Assembly (NCBI GenBank): GCA_040954595.2
Contig: CM082598.2
Location: forward strand, 7,269,097-7,333,096
Length of the DNA stretch: 64,000 nucleotides
Origin: Balanoglossus misakiensis
Lineage: Eukaryota; Animalia; Hemichordata
Reading direction: 5' to 3'
Made by a program: the position numbers and the translations under genes. The notes beneath the pieces are model-generated. The model made no database searches. It saw only the letters and a program-made list of their open reading frames with translations, and was not told the DNA's origin. Each line of letters starts with the position of its first letter. Within the stretch, counting starts at the first letter, position 1. This document shows positions 52,232 through 63,470 of this stretch, one piece after another.

Positions 52232-52700
52232 AATGATCTGTGTCCATTCTTGCATTCATGTCCATGTACGTGATGTGTCTATAGACACATTGTGATCAGG
52301 TAAATTATTACAACTCTGGTATTCTTTTTACAATGTACTGACTTCAAGTAAAGTTGTTCACATTGACGTCATAAATGATCTGTGTCCATTCTTGCATTTG
52401 TGTCCATGTACGTTATGTGTCTATAGACACATTGTGATCAGACAAATAATTACAACTCTGGTATTCTATTTACAATGTTTTGACTTCAAGTGAAGTTGTT
52501 CACATTGACTTCATCAATGATCTGTGTCAATTCTTGCATTCATGTCCATGTACGTGATGTGTCTATAGACATATTATGATCAGACAAAATATTAAAACTC
52601 TGGTATTCTGTTTACAATGTACTGACTTCAAGTAAAGTTGTTCACATTGACTTCATAAATGACCTGTGTCCATTTTGCAGTCATGTCCATGTGATATGTC
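52232..52700. repeat. 142-bp tandem repeat, ~3.3 copies, just downstream of the ROCO stop codon
   Basis: aatga(t/c)ctgtgtc starts at 52232, 52374, 52516 and 52658. Confidence 0.93.
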
Positions 52701-52814
52701 CATAGGCATACCGAGACGAGGACAGATTAAACACCAGTGTTTGCCCCAGAAATTATAATGGTGGCAAATTTACATAACAAAATAAATACTTGTTATGCCC
52801 ATGATGTTATCTGT

Positions 52815-54188
52815 TCATTTCATTTGTGTTTTCGCAATGTCTGCAAACATTTCTTCAATCAATGTTACCATGTCGTCTCTTCCCATGGTCTTGAAAATTG
52901 CCAACAGATTCTCAAAGTTGCTTTCGTAGAGGGGTCCCTCTACACGTGGATACTTCTGTCTTGCTGTTTTCTGAGCCTTCGCTTCTTCACTTGAATCTTG
53001 CGGGGGTGACGATGTTGACGACAGTGACATTTTTGCCATACGACCTTTGGTGGCATCTATGTCATGTGACATGGCTCTGGCACCTGCAGCTGTAGTTGTG
53101 GCTTTTCCACTTTGATGTTGTTGCATCCATCTGCGACACCACTCTTCGAAGATATAGTCTGTAACTGGTCGGCCAGTGCGACGAGCTTGTTCTTCAAATG
53201 TCCGCACATCCGTGTATTTTATGCCCATCCATTCGGCCATGCTGGCATAGTGCAAAGAAGGGTCTCCACGCTCGATGTCCATTCTCATGGTCACTTTGTG
53301 TCTGGTATCTTCAAGCATCCATTTGATATCACAGCGTTTCCACTTCTTTCGTAAGATCGTTGTGTCATGACCTTGACAAAGCAGGTCACAAACATCTTCT
53401 TCTTTACCAACTTTTGTGTTGTACACTTTCTTCCCAGTGTCTTCTGCACGTAGCATGTCATCAAGAGTGTAAAACTCTACTTTTTCCATGTTGCTGTGGT
53501 TTGCAAGAGAATCTGCACTCAGGATAAGCTGATTCATCCTGTTGCCTGGACATGCGATAGAGAAGACATCCTGTATGTCTTTGGAAACCATCTCAAGAAG
53601 CTTGTAACCCTTACCAATCGACTTCTTGTCTTCAACTCGTATGCATACATTGACTGCCCTTCTGCCATTGGTCATAACGACAAGACCTTCAACATCATGG
53701 CACACTTTGATACCATTTTTCCATAAGCCACTGGGCCGACGGCCAAGCTCTGTGAAATGCTTATATAGACGGGTCTGTAATCTTGGGAAAAAGCCTGCTG
53801 TGAAGGAATCTGTTTCATCGTGGCATTCAAAACGTCTTCCAAGGTAGGTGGTCTTCGTTCGACTCACTTCCCATTGACCTTCAGGCATATCGTCGTCTTG
53901 AAGCCCTGGTATGACGAAAAGTTTCTCTCCAGTCTCTGTGATATCATGTGCTTGACAGAGAAGCTCAAAATCTTCTAGAAGGTCGACGATGAGTTCGCTG
54001 TTTACACCTTCACCAAGTACATCTTCTATCTTGTCTATTGACTGAAAACAATCTCTCTTGAACCTGGAACTGAATTGTGCAAATAAAGGGGTAGCCAACA
54101 TTGGTCCAAACATCCTGTAACACAACCAGTTTGGATCCAATACCACGACATCTTTTCTTTCTGGAGATGACTGCTTCACAAACAAAAG
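52815..54188 (-). CDS. ROCO terminal exon: COR and death-domain-like region
   Basis: ttacag|LLFVKQ..VVVLDPNWLC..GFFPRLQ..LWKNGI..YASMAEWMG..PVTDYIFEEW..NLLAIFKTMGRDDMVTLI..K*. Confidence 0.92.
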   Translation of the reverse strand, partial: LLFVKQSSPERKDVVVLDPNWLCYRMFGPMLATPLFAQFSSRFKRDCFQSIDKIEDVLGEGVNSELIVDLLEDFELLCQAHDITETGEKLFVIPGLQDDDMPEGQWEVSRTKTTYLGRRFECHDETDSFTAGFFPRLQTRLYKHFTELGRRPSGLWKNGIKVCHDVEGLVVMTNGRRAVNVCIRVEDKKSIGKGYKLLEMVSKDIQDVFSIACPGNRMNQLILSADSLANHSNMEKVEFYTLDDMLRAEDTGKKVYNTKVGKEEDVCDLLCQGHDTTILRKKWKRCDIKWMLEDTRHKVTMRMDIERGDPSLHYASMAEWMGIKYTDVRTFEEQARRTGRPVTDYIFEEWCRRWMQQHQSGKATTTAAGARAMSHDIDATKGRMAKMSLSSTSSPPQDSSEEAKAQKTARQKYPRVEGPLYESNFENLLAIFKTMGRDDMVTLIEEMFADIAKTQMK

Positions 54189-57100
54189 CTGTAAACAAGA
54201 AAAGTAACACGAGAAATTGTTATGCATAGAACAATCTGTAACTCTTTTACACATCAACTGAATTAAATGCTGATCATTTCAATTTGTCAAGTTTGATATA
54301 TCACATACACTCATTCTAGAACTTATACTATAAGAGAATGGATGAGCAACGTGTTGTTTCTTGTTACTGACCTCTCCTATGTCATGCAGATAGTTGGTGG
54401 CTTTTTGTAAGAAACTTTTGTCAATCGTGGGGTATATTTCTTTGATTCTTGTCACATATTCTGTCCAGTAAAGAGCTGGGAAGTCATCATATAATTCCCT
54501 CTTCTTTTCCATTATCTTGGCACACACGCTTGGAAGCATTTTCACTTTCTACGATTAAAAATAAAGTGATAACATGAAATAATTGGAAGTAGCCAAACAT
54601 TAATATTCAGTCAATTTAGGGACTGTGTCACAAAAAAAGAAATATTAAATAAAACCACGACCGGCCCTGCAAATCTCGTATTTGAAAAAATCGCGTCAAG
54701 GACACGGCGGTCCCATTGAGTTATTACACACAAAAAAGTCTACACTGGCGTTAGTCTCGGTTACCCAGACCCCCCTGCTTCCGTTGGGCACTCCAGAAAG
54801 AGGGTCTGGGGAAACCCCATAGACAAATCTCCGGGCAAAGATGGCCGACTCGAGACAGAAGCGATGCATGATGGTTGCAGACTCGAACATTAAAAATACA
54901 TGCTGAGACGTGCTAGACCTGCTGAAACTGTCTACAAATTGAAAAGAGAAAGAGAAGTTTGGTAAATAGTTTTCTAATATCGTCATATCATAATATCGTA
55001 TGTCATAAATGTTGACCATCATGCATCGATTTTGTCCCGAGTCGGCCATCTTTGCCCGGAGATTTGTCTATGGGGTTTCCCCAGACCCTCTTTCTGGAGT
55101 GCCCAACGGAAGAAGCAGGGGGGTCTGGGTAACCGAGACTACACCGGCGTTCATGGCCATATACAGACAGACAGACACACACACATAGCAAGAGATAAAT
55201 GGGCAAGCACTGACTGGCCCATAAGCTGCTAATGGCATATGTACTGTACATACACTAAATAGAACAGCTGGCCTCTTTAAAACTTAGCCAGTTATGTAAT
55301 CATTCAGGAATTTGCTGTGTAAATCTATCGCACCAGGAACTTCCTGCCTAATTAAAACAACTCAATAAAGTAAATACACACCACTTTGCAAAGCAATCTG
55401 ACCAGTACTTCTTGAGTTACTGAGTTTTGACCAAATTCACATTTTTCCTGCTAATTTGCATATTTTTTGGCGATGACACCTTCATTTGAACAAACTCCCA
55501 TCTACAGCCCAGCCTGCATCTGCACACCAAATATCAAGGTGATACACGCAGCGGTTTTCAAGTTCTTGATATGGACGGACATACAGACATACATCCATCC
55601 ATACATCCATACTCCCATCCATCCATCCATACATCCATCCATCTATACATACAGACGCAACCGATCCCATAAGGTCCCATGGTTTAATACCAATGGGACC
55701 TAACAAAAAAATGAAGCATATAATTGTATTTATCCAATGAGAATTTATGTCGAAAATATCTGTAGTATACATGGGGGCAGGGAACCAAAGAAGTATCGTG
55801 GCAAATCAATTATTGTTTTCACAAGTTGGCATTTGCTTTAAATACAATATCTGGTTTTCAGTTGAACAGACCTATCTTGTTTCAACATTTTCATAATTGA
55901 TAATTTTGTACAAAGCATCTCACAGCCATTTGACTGGGTTTTTACATAATTATAATAACAATGCATTCCAACCGACATTATTTTTATTTGTAATTACTGA
56001 AAATTTTACTTTTGCCAGAAATTCTGATATCAACTAATACTTGTACAACATGATGAGGATGTTATGTTTTACACATTCAGAAATATATTCTTCATGAATC
56101 TTGTAGTTGTACACCAATACTGCAGTGCTATAGTGTATTTGAGCTGATAAAACTTAACAATTAAGAGGCAAATGACTACAGAGAATTTTTTTTACCTTTT
56201 TCTGATATAAACAGTCACGGAGTTTCTTCATTTCACTGTCTGTAGAATCACGGCAATTCAACAGAAATATGTCGCTCACTATGTCTAAATAGTCTTGAAA
56301 CATTTTCTGTGCTTCTGTCAGAACGTCCTTCAGCAAATGATTAGCTGTGAAATTATAAAGAGATGATAATATTAATTGCCAGATAACTCCATATGCAGAA
56401 ACTAAGCCACAACCTTTCTGTCAATTGGGCATAAAATAGTCATTAACCCTTTCACCCCCAGTTCCCTCTTTAGAGGTCCAACCTTACCATAGAAAACAAT
56501 TGGTCTGGACTGAATCATGTGGTGAAAGGGTTAAATGTTTTTACGATTATTTGTAAACTTCGATTTGTGAATCAACTAACTACGTTCTACTCAAGTAAAT
56601 ATATTGAAATGGTAAGTATTTAGTTTCTGACAGCATGGTGAGATGACACAAACAAACATACATACATACAAACACACACGCATATACGTACATACATACA
56701 TGCATGTATACATTCATACATACACACACACTGTCACAAACACACACACATACATACATACATACAAACAAATGAGAGATATCATTTGATACAGTGTATA
56801 TGAAAAAGCTGATAAAACTAACCTAGAGCCATATCGATTCTCTTTAACTTATCAGCTCGACTTGCAACCAACATCACCACTGGTTTATCATAGCCTTCAC
56901 CTGACTTATCAAATGAATACCTATCCATGTGGGTTGTTCCTTTCAGAAACCGCAACCAAAACAAAATCTACAAATGAGAATATTTGTGATAAATATTAAT
57001 TTTGAGTCAAATAGATCATGAATTGAATCTCAATATGAGATTTCTCATGATTCAGGTAATATGTTGAGCTATCAGATACACAGTGTGAAATAATTATTGA

Positions 57101-60100
57101 ACAATGGCATGTTGGTTCTGCAGGAGACTTATTATAGAAATATCTGCAACTCTATCAAAAAGCCATGAATGGTGACTGAGATAGTGTTGCACATGGAATA
57201 AATTTACTCAAACAGCTATATTTTCCATTCCTACAGATAAATTTTGATAAGTGATAAACAATGCAAAACATACAGATATACAGTCTAACTTTACTGTGAA
57301 GATTCTTACCTGTGGGAACACACTTTCAAAAGTGTTGAGTTTACCATTCTCGTCTGTAGCTTTGAACACCAATATGGAGACAGCATTGGGTGCTCCTAGA
57401 AACATGTTATGAGTGACGTAATACTCAGCCTGGCCGGCAAAATCCCATACACTGACATTTCCTACGTCAGGAATTTGAACACTTTGGACATCAATACCAG
57501 GTGTGGGAATGTGTTCACGTTCTTCAGATTCCATGGTTGTTTCTTTAATCTTTGATAAGTGGGAGTGAAAGAAAAAAAATTCTAGTTATTTTGAGTTTTC
57601 TGGTCTTTGTGCATAACCATATTTGCTTGTGACTCTGCATCAGATTTCATCAAATTGTCTAAGCTGCACTAGCTAACCTGAGGAATTAAATTAAAGGGAC
57701 AAAGTCTCTCTGGCAGCCCATTTTCCATTAATTATGTTTGATACAAGACACAATTTTTGTTATTCTACATGTGGATACATAGTGAATCAACATTTGACCA
57801 CACACAACATCCATCCCGTTTGAAGGATATGAGAGTAAAAATCTCGCCAAAATGTATAAATGGTAGAGACCGATTGTTCAATTTGGCCAGTTTTTCACCC
57901 TTATCTCTACAAGTGGTATGGAAATTGTGTGTGGTGGAATGTTTATTCACTATATATCCACATGTAGAATAACATAAACAGTGTCTTGTATCAAACATAA
58001 TTAATGGAAAAAGGTCAGCCAGAGAAACATTGTCCCTTTAAACAATACATTTAAATAGAGTTAATTTAAACTAAAGAATAGTAAAGATGCATGCAAAGTT
58101 TTTCCAATATGACTGGGACATACAAAATCATAGCTGTAAAATGTGTGACTACAATATTCCCTTTTCAGGGGCCATGGATAATCAAAACACACAAACAACA
58201 AATGAAATACAACCTCAATCCCACCCTCTTTAAAGGCTTGGAATAATGCTATGAACTTTCACAATTCAAACCCAGTATATATTTTCAAAATACAACAAAA
58301 TTTCATCTACCAAGCGTATGTTTTAATTATCCTGTGTCACGTATTGATACATTCACCTGTGGCATTCTGATCTACAGCAGTTTCTTTATATGCGATGAGA
58401 TTACAAATGTTTGTCTAAATATTTTCTTAATATCGCTGGTGCACGAAAGATTTTGTATGCGAAGTATTGCGCTTTTACTCTGCCAATCGTTTGTTTTGAA
58501 TCAGTTGCGACAATTTTACTTCACATGCAGTTTTTTTCATGACAGGCATCTTTTGCTTCACAAATCACATTTTAGGACAGTGAGTAAGGGTTTTTATATT
58601 AACAATTTACTCTAGCCCATCATTTTAACCAGTTTGCAAACTTTCACACAAACAACCCTTATTTATTGAAATATGGCCTACTAGACCTTTTACGCAAATC
58701 AAAAAAAAAAAATATTAACATACCCTCTGAAGTGACTCCAATAATGTAGTCTTACCAACTCCACCATCTCCAGCGAAGAACAACTTTAAAATGTCACATT
58801 CCATACCTGATTCCTTCATCAGGTCATTGTACTCGTTTCTTTTCTGGAATAAATAAATCACAAAATACAATTTTATTTGTGGGTTTGGAGAGTACAATAA
58901 GAGTGACAACACATTAAGTAATAATTTATATCATATCGATATAAATGTGGTCACTTTTAATTCAAGATGAATAAGAATTAGCACACTTCAGGTTGTATAT
59001 TATTAAAATTCATCGTAATATAAATATTTCACTCACCTGAATGTAATCCGACAGCACCTCCTTACTAGACTCATTTTCAGCGACATCAAGTGGTGTCTTT
59101 CCAGTCTATTTATTTGGGATAAAAAGAATTGAAACATTAATTATGATGTTAATATTTATAAAAGTAGTAATAATGTTACAGATAACCATAAATCAAAATT
59201 CATTAAATTATAATGTAATTTAAAGATAATTTGTCTTAAATTTTTCTTAAAAAAAATAACCACATCAAGTGACATGTTTAATAGTGAACAAAACCTGATT
59301 TTCACAAAATCAACAATCACCTAAAGAAAATTAACACTGATTCCTCTTTTCCATCACATTGTATCAAAAACTCTTACCAAAAGTACAGTATTATTTAAAA
59401 CCCAAATAAGATAGAGCATAACCAATGAAAAACAACCCTCCTTAATGTGAATTGTTAGATTATTAGGTGACAGACTGGAGTTGGCAGATGCTGGAGGCCG
59501 ACAGAAATATGCTCTCCACATCGCTGAAAACAGAGATAGAAAGTTTCAGCGATAGGATTGGCATCGACCGTCATGGGTCAACAGCTGACTGTACAACACC
59601 TGACTCGATAGGGGGAGTAGTTTTGATTCAAAGGACAATGGTAAATAGTTAAATTCTATCCTCACCACAATTTACCAATAAAATAAAATAAAAAGGAGAC
59701 CATTGTGCAAAGTCATACTGCTTTAGCAGTGCTTTGTAATTACAAATAGTGTTGAGGCATTTTCAAGACTTTGATAAAATTGTGCATTTCAAATTCAAAG
59801 ATTATGAAGATTAACTACTTGACCAAATGGGTGTTGATCAGAGTACATAGTTTAGGTCTATAATGTCATGGAATAAAAAAGTGGAAGATTGTACCTTATT
59901 CTTGCAGTCAATATCAGCTCCATATTGCAACAATAGTTTCACAATTTTCCCATAATCCCACCGAGATCGTTTGCCTATTGCTGCCATATGGAGTGCTGTG
60001 TTGCCATCCTATGCAAGAAACAAAACAGACAACATGGCTTAAGAGGTACAACAAGATAAGGTGTGCATAATAGTATTTAGGGTGCTTATATCATTAGGTC

Positions 60101-63100
60101 CAATTTGGTTATGAATATATACCATGGAACCTTATTGAATCAATTGCATCTGCATGTACATTTTGTATGTATATGGATGGATGGATGTGTGTATGTCTGC
60201 ATGTCCATCAATGACTTGAAAACAGCTGTGCATATCACCTCGATATTAAGTGTGCAGATGCATTAAGGGCTGTAGATGGGAGTTTGTTCAAAAGAAGTGG
60301 TCATTGCCAAAATATGCAAATTAGCTGGGTAAAATGAGAAATCAGTCAAAACTCAGACACTCAACAACCACTGGTCATATTGATTTGAAAATTGGTATGC
60401 ATGTACCTTATGTTAATCTCACACAGTTCTATATGTTTTGAGCTAATAGTGTGAATTTTCTATTCTTTATGCATTTTTTCACATTTTGGTAAAAAAATCT
60501 ACTTTTCTAGAATTGATCCACCAACTTCATTGAAATTTAGTATGAAGCTTCATATCTGTGATCTGAGTTATCATAGTTTTGTTGAAATTGTTGCAAAATT
60601 TGTATATTTATCATTTTTGCCTTTTTTGATCAAATATTTTTTCTCTAAAACTGGTTGTCAGATTGCTTTGAAATTTGGAAGGCATGTTCCAAGGGGTACC
60701 TCAAGTAAGATTTGCATGTATGTTTTTCAAATCAATGTGAAGAATTCAATACATTAAGTGTATTTTTGGTCAAACTCTTTCTCAGAACTGCCTACCCCCA
60801 TTGATTTTAATTTTGATTTGAAGGTTCCTGGGTGAGTTGTCATGATGATTAAAGTGTCAATGTTTTGTGGGGGCAATATCTTGTATTTTGGGAGCATATT
60901 TTCCAATTTTTATAAAAAAATTATATTTCTTAGAAAGTGTAATCTGTATGGCTGACTACTTTAAAATTCGAGTTGTAAGTTAATGGGATTGGTTTCTTTA
61001 GAAATATTATGGAATCAAATCATAGGTAATTTGGAAATTTTATATTTTGTAGGATATTTTGTCTCATACCACAGTTTTTTTTATCTCAATAAGAACAATT
61101 TCCAGTACATAGTTTTTTGTAATAAAAATATGCACCCCTCTGAGATTTGTATACACATCAAATTCCTGCATGTTTACATAACTGGCTAACTGTTAAAGAG
61201 ATCAGCTGTTCTACTTGGTCTATGTACATTTCACATGCCATTGGCAGCTTATGGGTCAGTCAGTGTTTGCCTATTGATCTCTCTATGTGTGTGTTTGTTT
61301 CTGTATATGTACTCCGGTGTAGACTCTTTCTGTGTAATCCCTAAATGGGACCATCGTGGCCTTGACACAATTTTTTTTAGTTGGATGTCTCCACATCAAT
61401 GTAGCTTTAAATGATAGAGTTGGATTAAATGAATGCATTGTGTGTATTAGGTCCACCATGTCAGAATGTTCAATTTGACTTTGTTTAGAGATAACAGATA
61501 AATTTCCTCATAACGATGAACAATTTCAAAAGCTGCAAACCATAGAAGGCAAAATAGCCAGACCAATGTACCGGTATTTGATAGATACCCTCATGATTTT
61601 AGTCCAGAGGTTGGATGAATATTTGATTTTAATCTTTTAAACAATGATCTCTTTTCATGAAATTTATAATTTTTACGATGTGTGTCTCTCATCAGGTCTG
61701 TTACAAAGAAAAATACAGACAGTAGATTGTGCCTTTATTTATCTTGACAGTTTTGAGGGAAAAACTGATTTTGATCAAATTCTATAGATCTGCATGAGAC
61801 CAGAAAATTCAGAAAGTGTTTGTTTGAGTGAAATACTGTGTTTTGACTCGCATAGAGTGCTTAAGTTACTGGTATCATTATCAGAGGTACAGAACTTGTC
61901 TGTGGTCATCCATTATTATGAAGCAGTTTTACGTGTAACTTATTTTCTTTCCAACACTGTAGTGGTGAGTATTTCTGTATGTAATGGAGGGGGAGCATGA
62001 GAACAATGTCATAACATTTGAAACGTAGTGTGAGTGTTCCTAAAGAAACAAACAAACAAAAACTTTTTATACCGATAGAATTAATCAACAGAAGTCAGGT
62101 TGGTATTTACCTTGTTTTGTATGGTCACATCAGCTTTGTGTTCCAATAACAATCTGACACGGCCTTCATCACCAAACCCTGCTGCATTATGCAAAGGGGT
62201 GTCTCCATTCTGTAAGTAATGGAAGAGGAGCATGAGAACAATGTTACAAAAATTGAAATGTAATGTGAAATTTCCTTAAACAAGCAAATAAACAAAAAAA
62301 TGAATAAATCTTTCTCACACTCCTGGCACGCTGGGAGTGTGGGATCAGTGTGAGATCAAATCGATCCCACACTCTCACTGAATCGAAAGCTGTCTATGAC
62401 ATGAGCGCTGATTGGTTGACAAAGTGTTCTTTTGCTAATGTGCGCTAAATGTTATCCAATCACGCGATGTGTATTATAAGGACAGAGACCACAACGTGAC
62501 TGGACGACAGTTCCAGAGTCATTTATTCAATGTTTTTAACGAATTTGGTTAATTTGTGACTCTGTGAGAAATATAATCTCATATTTCATCCCAAAGTCAC
62601 CTGCAGCTCGTTTGGGACAGAAAATCCCCAACTCATGTGAGAAATATGATCCCAGGTCCTTGGGAGTGTCATATTCTATTATTCCACATTGATAGAATAA
62701 GCCTGCAGAAGTCAGGTTGGTATTTACCTTGTTTTGTATGGTCACATCAGCTTTGTGTTCCAATAACAATCTGACACGGCCTTCATCACCAAACCCTGCT
62801 GCATTATGCAAAGGGGTGTCTCCATTCTGTAAGTAATGGAAGAGGAGCATGAGAACAATGTTACAAAAATTGAAATGTAATGTGAAATTTCCTTAAACAA
62901 GCAAATAAACAAAAAAATGAATAAATCTTTCTCACACTCCTGGCACGCTGGGAGTGTGGGATCAGTGTGAGATCAAATCGATCCCACACTCTCACTGAAT
63001 CGAAAGCTGTCTATGACACGAGCGCTGATTGGTTGACAAAGTGTTCTTTTGCTAATGTGCGCTAAATGTTATCCAATCACGCGATGTGTATTATAAGGAC

Positions 63101-63446
63101 AGAGACCACAACGTGACTGGACGACAGTTCCAGAGTCATTTATTCAATGTTTTTAACGAATTTGGCTAATTTGTGACTCTGGGAGAAATATAATCTCATA
63201 TTTCATCCCAAAGTCACCTGCAGCTCGTTTGGGACAGAAAATCCCCAACTCATGTGAGAAATATGATCCCAGGTCCTTGGGAGTGTCATATTCTATTATT
63301 CCACATTGATAGAATAAGCCTGCAGAAGTCAGGTTGGTATTTACCTTGTTTTGTATGGTCACATCAGCGTTGTGTTCCAATAACAACCTGACACTGCCTT
63401 CACCACCATAGCTTCCTGCTGCATAATGCAAAGGGGTGTCTCCATG
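52815..63446 (-). CDS. ROCO-family protein (ankyrin repeats - ROC GTPase - COR - death-domain-like; DAPK1-like C-terminal architecture); 11 exons, 895 aa visible, 5' part outside the window
   Basis: Exons 63345-63446, 62728-62826, 62111-62209, 59895-60008, 59037-59105, 58724-58843, 57310-57549, 56823-56967, 56196-56344, 54372-54548 and 52815-54188 are all AG/GT bounded and splice in one open frame (phases 0,0,0,0,0,0,0,1,0,0). Motifs: TPLH (ANK), GDGGVGKT, TPGID, WDFAGQ, VASRAD, YLHDIGE, LDPNWL, GFFPRLQ, LWKNG. Confidence 0.93.
54372..58843 (-). CDS. ROCO ROC and COR-start exons: 58724-58843, 57310-57549, 56823-56967, 56196-56344, 54372-54548
   Basis: KLFFAGDGGVGKTTL (G1), PTPGIDV (G2), VWDFAGQAEYYVTH (G3), ILFWLRFL, VMLVASRAD (G4), LLNCRD, NYLHDIGE. 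Confidence 0.92.
54752..55141. mobile_element. Long-TIR MITE (390 bp) with a 9-bp TSD
   Basis: ~125-bp near-perfect TIRs TAGTCTCGGTTACCCAGACC..GGTCTGGGTAACCGAGACTA; flanks CACTGGCGT and CACCGGCGT. Confidence 0.9.
55370..55703 (+). mobile_element. HINE-like element 3' part with (CATC/CATA)n microsatellite and terminal hairpin
   Basis: Homologous to 19260-19530; hairpin aggtcccat..atgggacct at 55672-55701. Confidence 0.7.
56443..56534. mobile_element. 92-bp piggyBac-like MITE, best-preserved copy
   Basis: TTAA|CCCTTTCACC..GGTGAAAGGG|TTAA. Confidence 0.85.
56646..56770. repeat. Compound (CA)n/(CATA)n microsatellite
   Basis: Directly visible in the sequence. Confidence 0.85.
57691..58041. mobile_element. 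Kolobok-like non-autonomous element with ~55-bp TIRs
   Basis: TTAA|AGGGACAAAGTCTCTCTGGC..GCCAGAGAAACATTGTCCCT|TTAA; ttccattaattatgtttgatacaagacac is mirrored at the other end. Confidence 0.85.
59037..63446 (-). CDS. ROCO ankyrin exons, one repeat per phase-0 exon
   Basis: HGDTPLHYAAGSYGGEGSVRLLLEHNADVTIQNK; two copies of NGDTPLHNAAGFGDEGRVRLLLEHKADVTIQNK; DGNTALHMAAIGKRSRWDYGKIVKLLLQYGADIDCKNK; cap TGKTPLDVAENESSKEVLSDYIQ. Confidence 0.92.
60165..61045 (-). mobile_element. HINE-like element, inverted copy of 18582-19530
   Basis: Reverse complement aligns by eye over ~880 bp. Confidence 0.75.
61233..61370 (-). mobile_element. Short interspersed repeat; uninterrupted paralog of the host of the 54752-55141 MITE
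   Basis: Reverse complement gtcaaggccacgatggtcccatt..agtctacaccggagt..cactgactgacccataagctgccaatggcat matches 54695-54751 joined to 55151-55240. Confidence 0.75.
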
Positions 63447-63470
63447 CTGTAAGTAATGAAGGAGGAACAT
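62090..63470. repeat. 617-bp tandem duplication (ankyrin exon + intron), ~2.2 units
   Basis: agaagtcaggttggtatttacc at 62090, 62707 and 63324; units 1 and 2 differ by about 3 substitutions by eye. Confidence 0.95.

Noticed and set aside
52815-63446. Assigning the symbol DAPK1 or LRRK
   Set aside because: No kinase or LRR domain is visible in the window; orthology needs the 5' end and a phylogeny.
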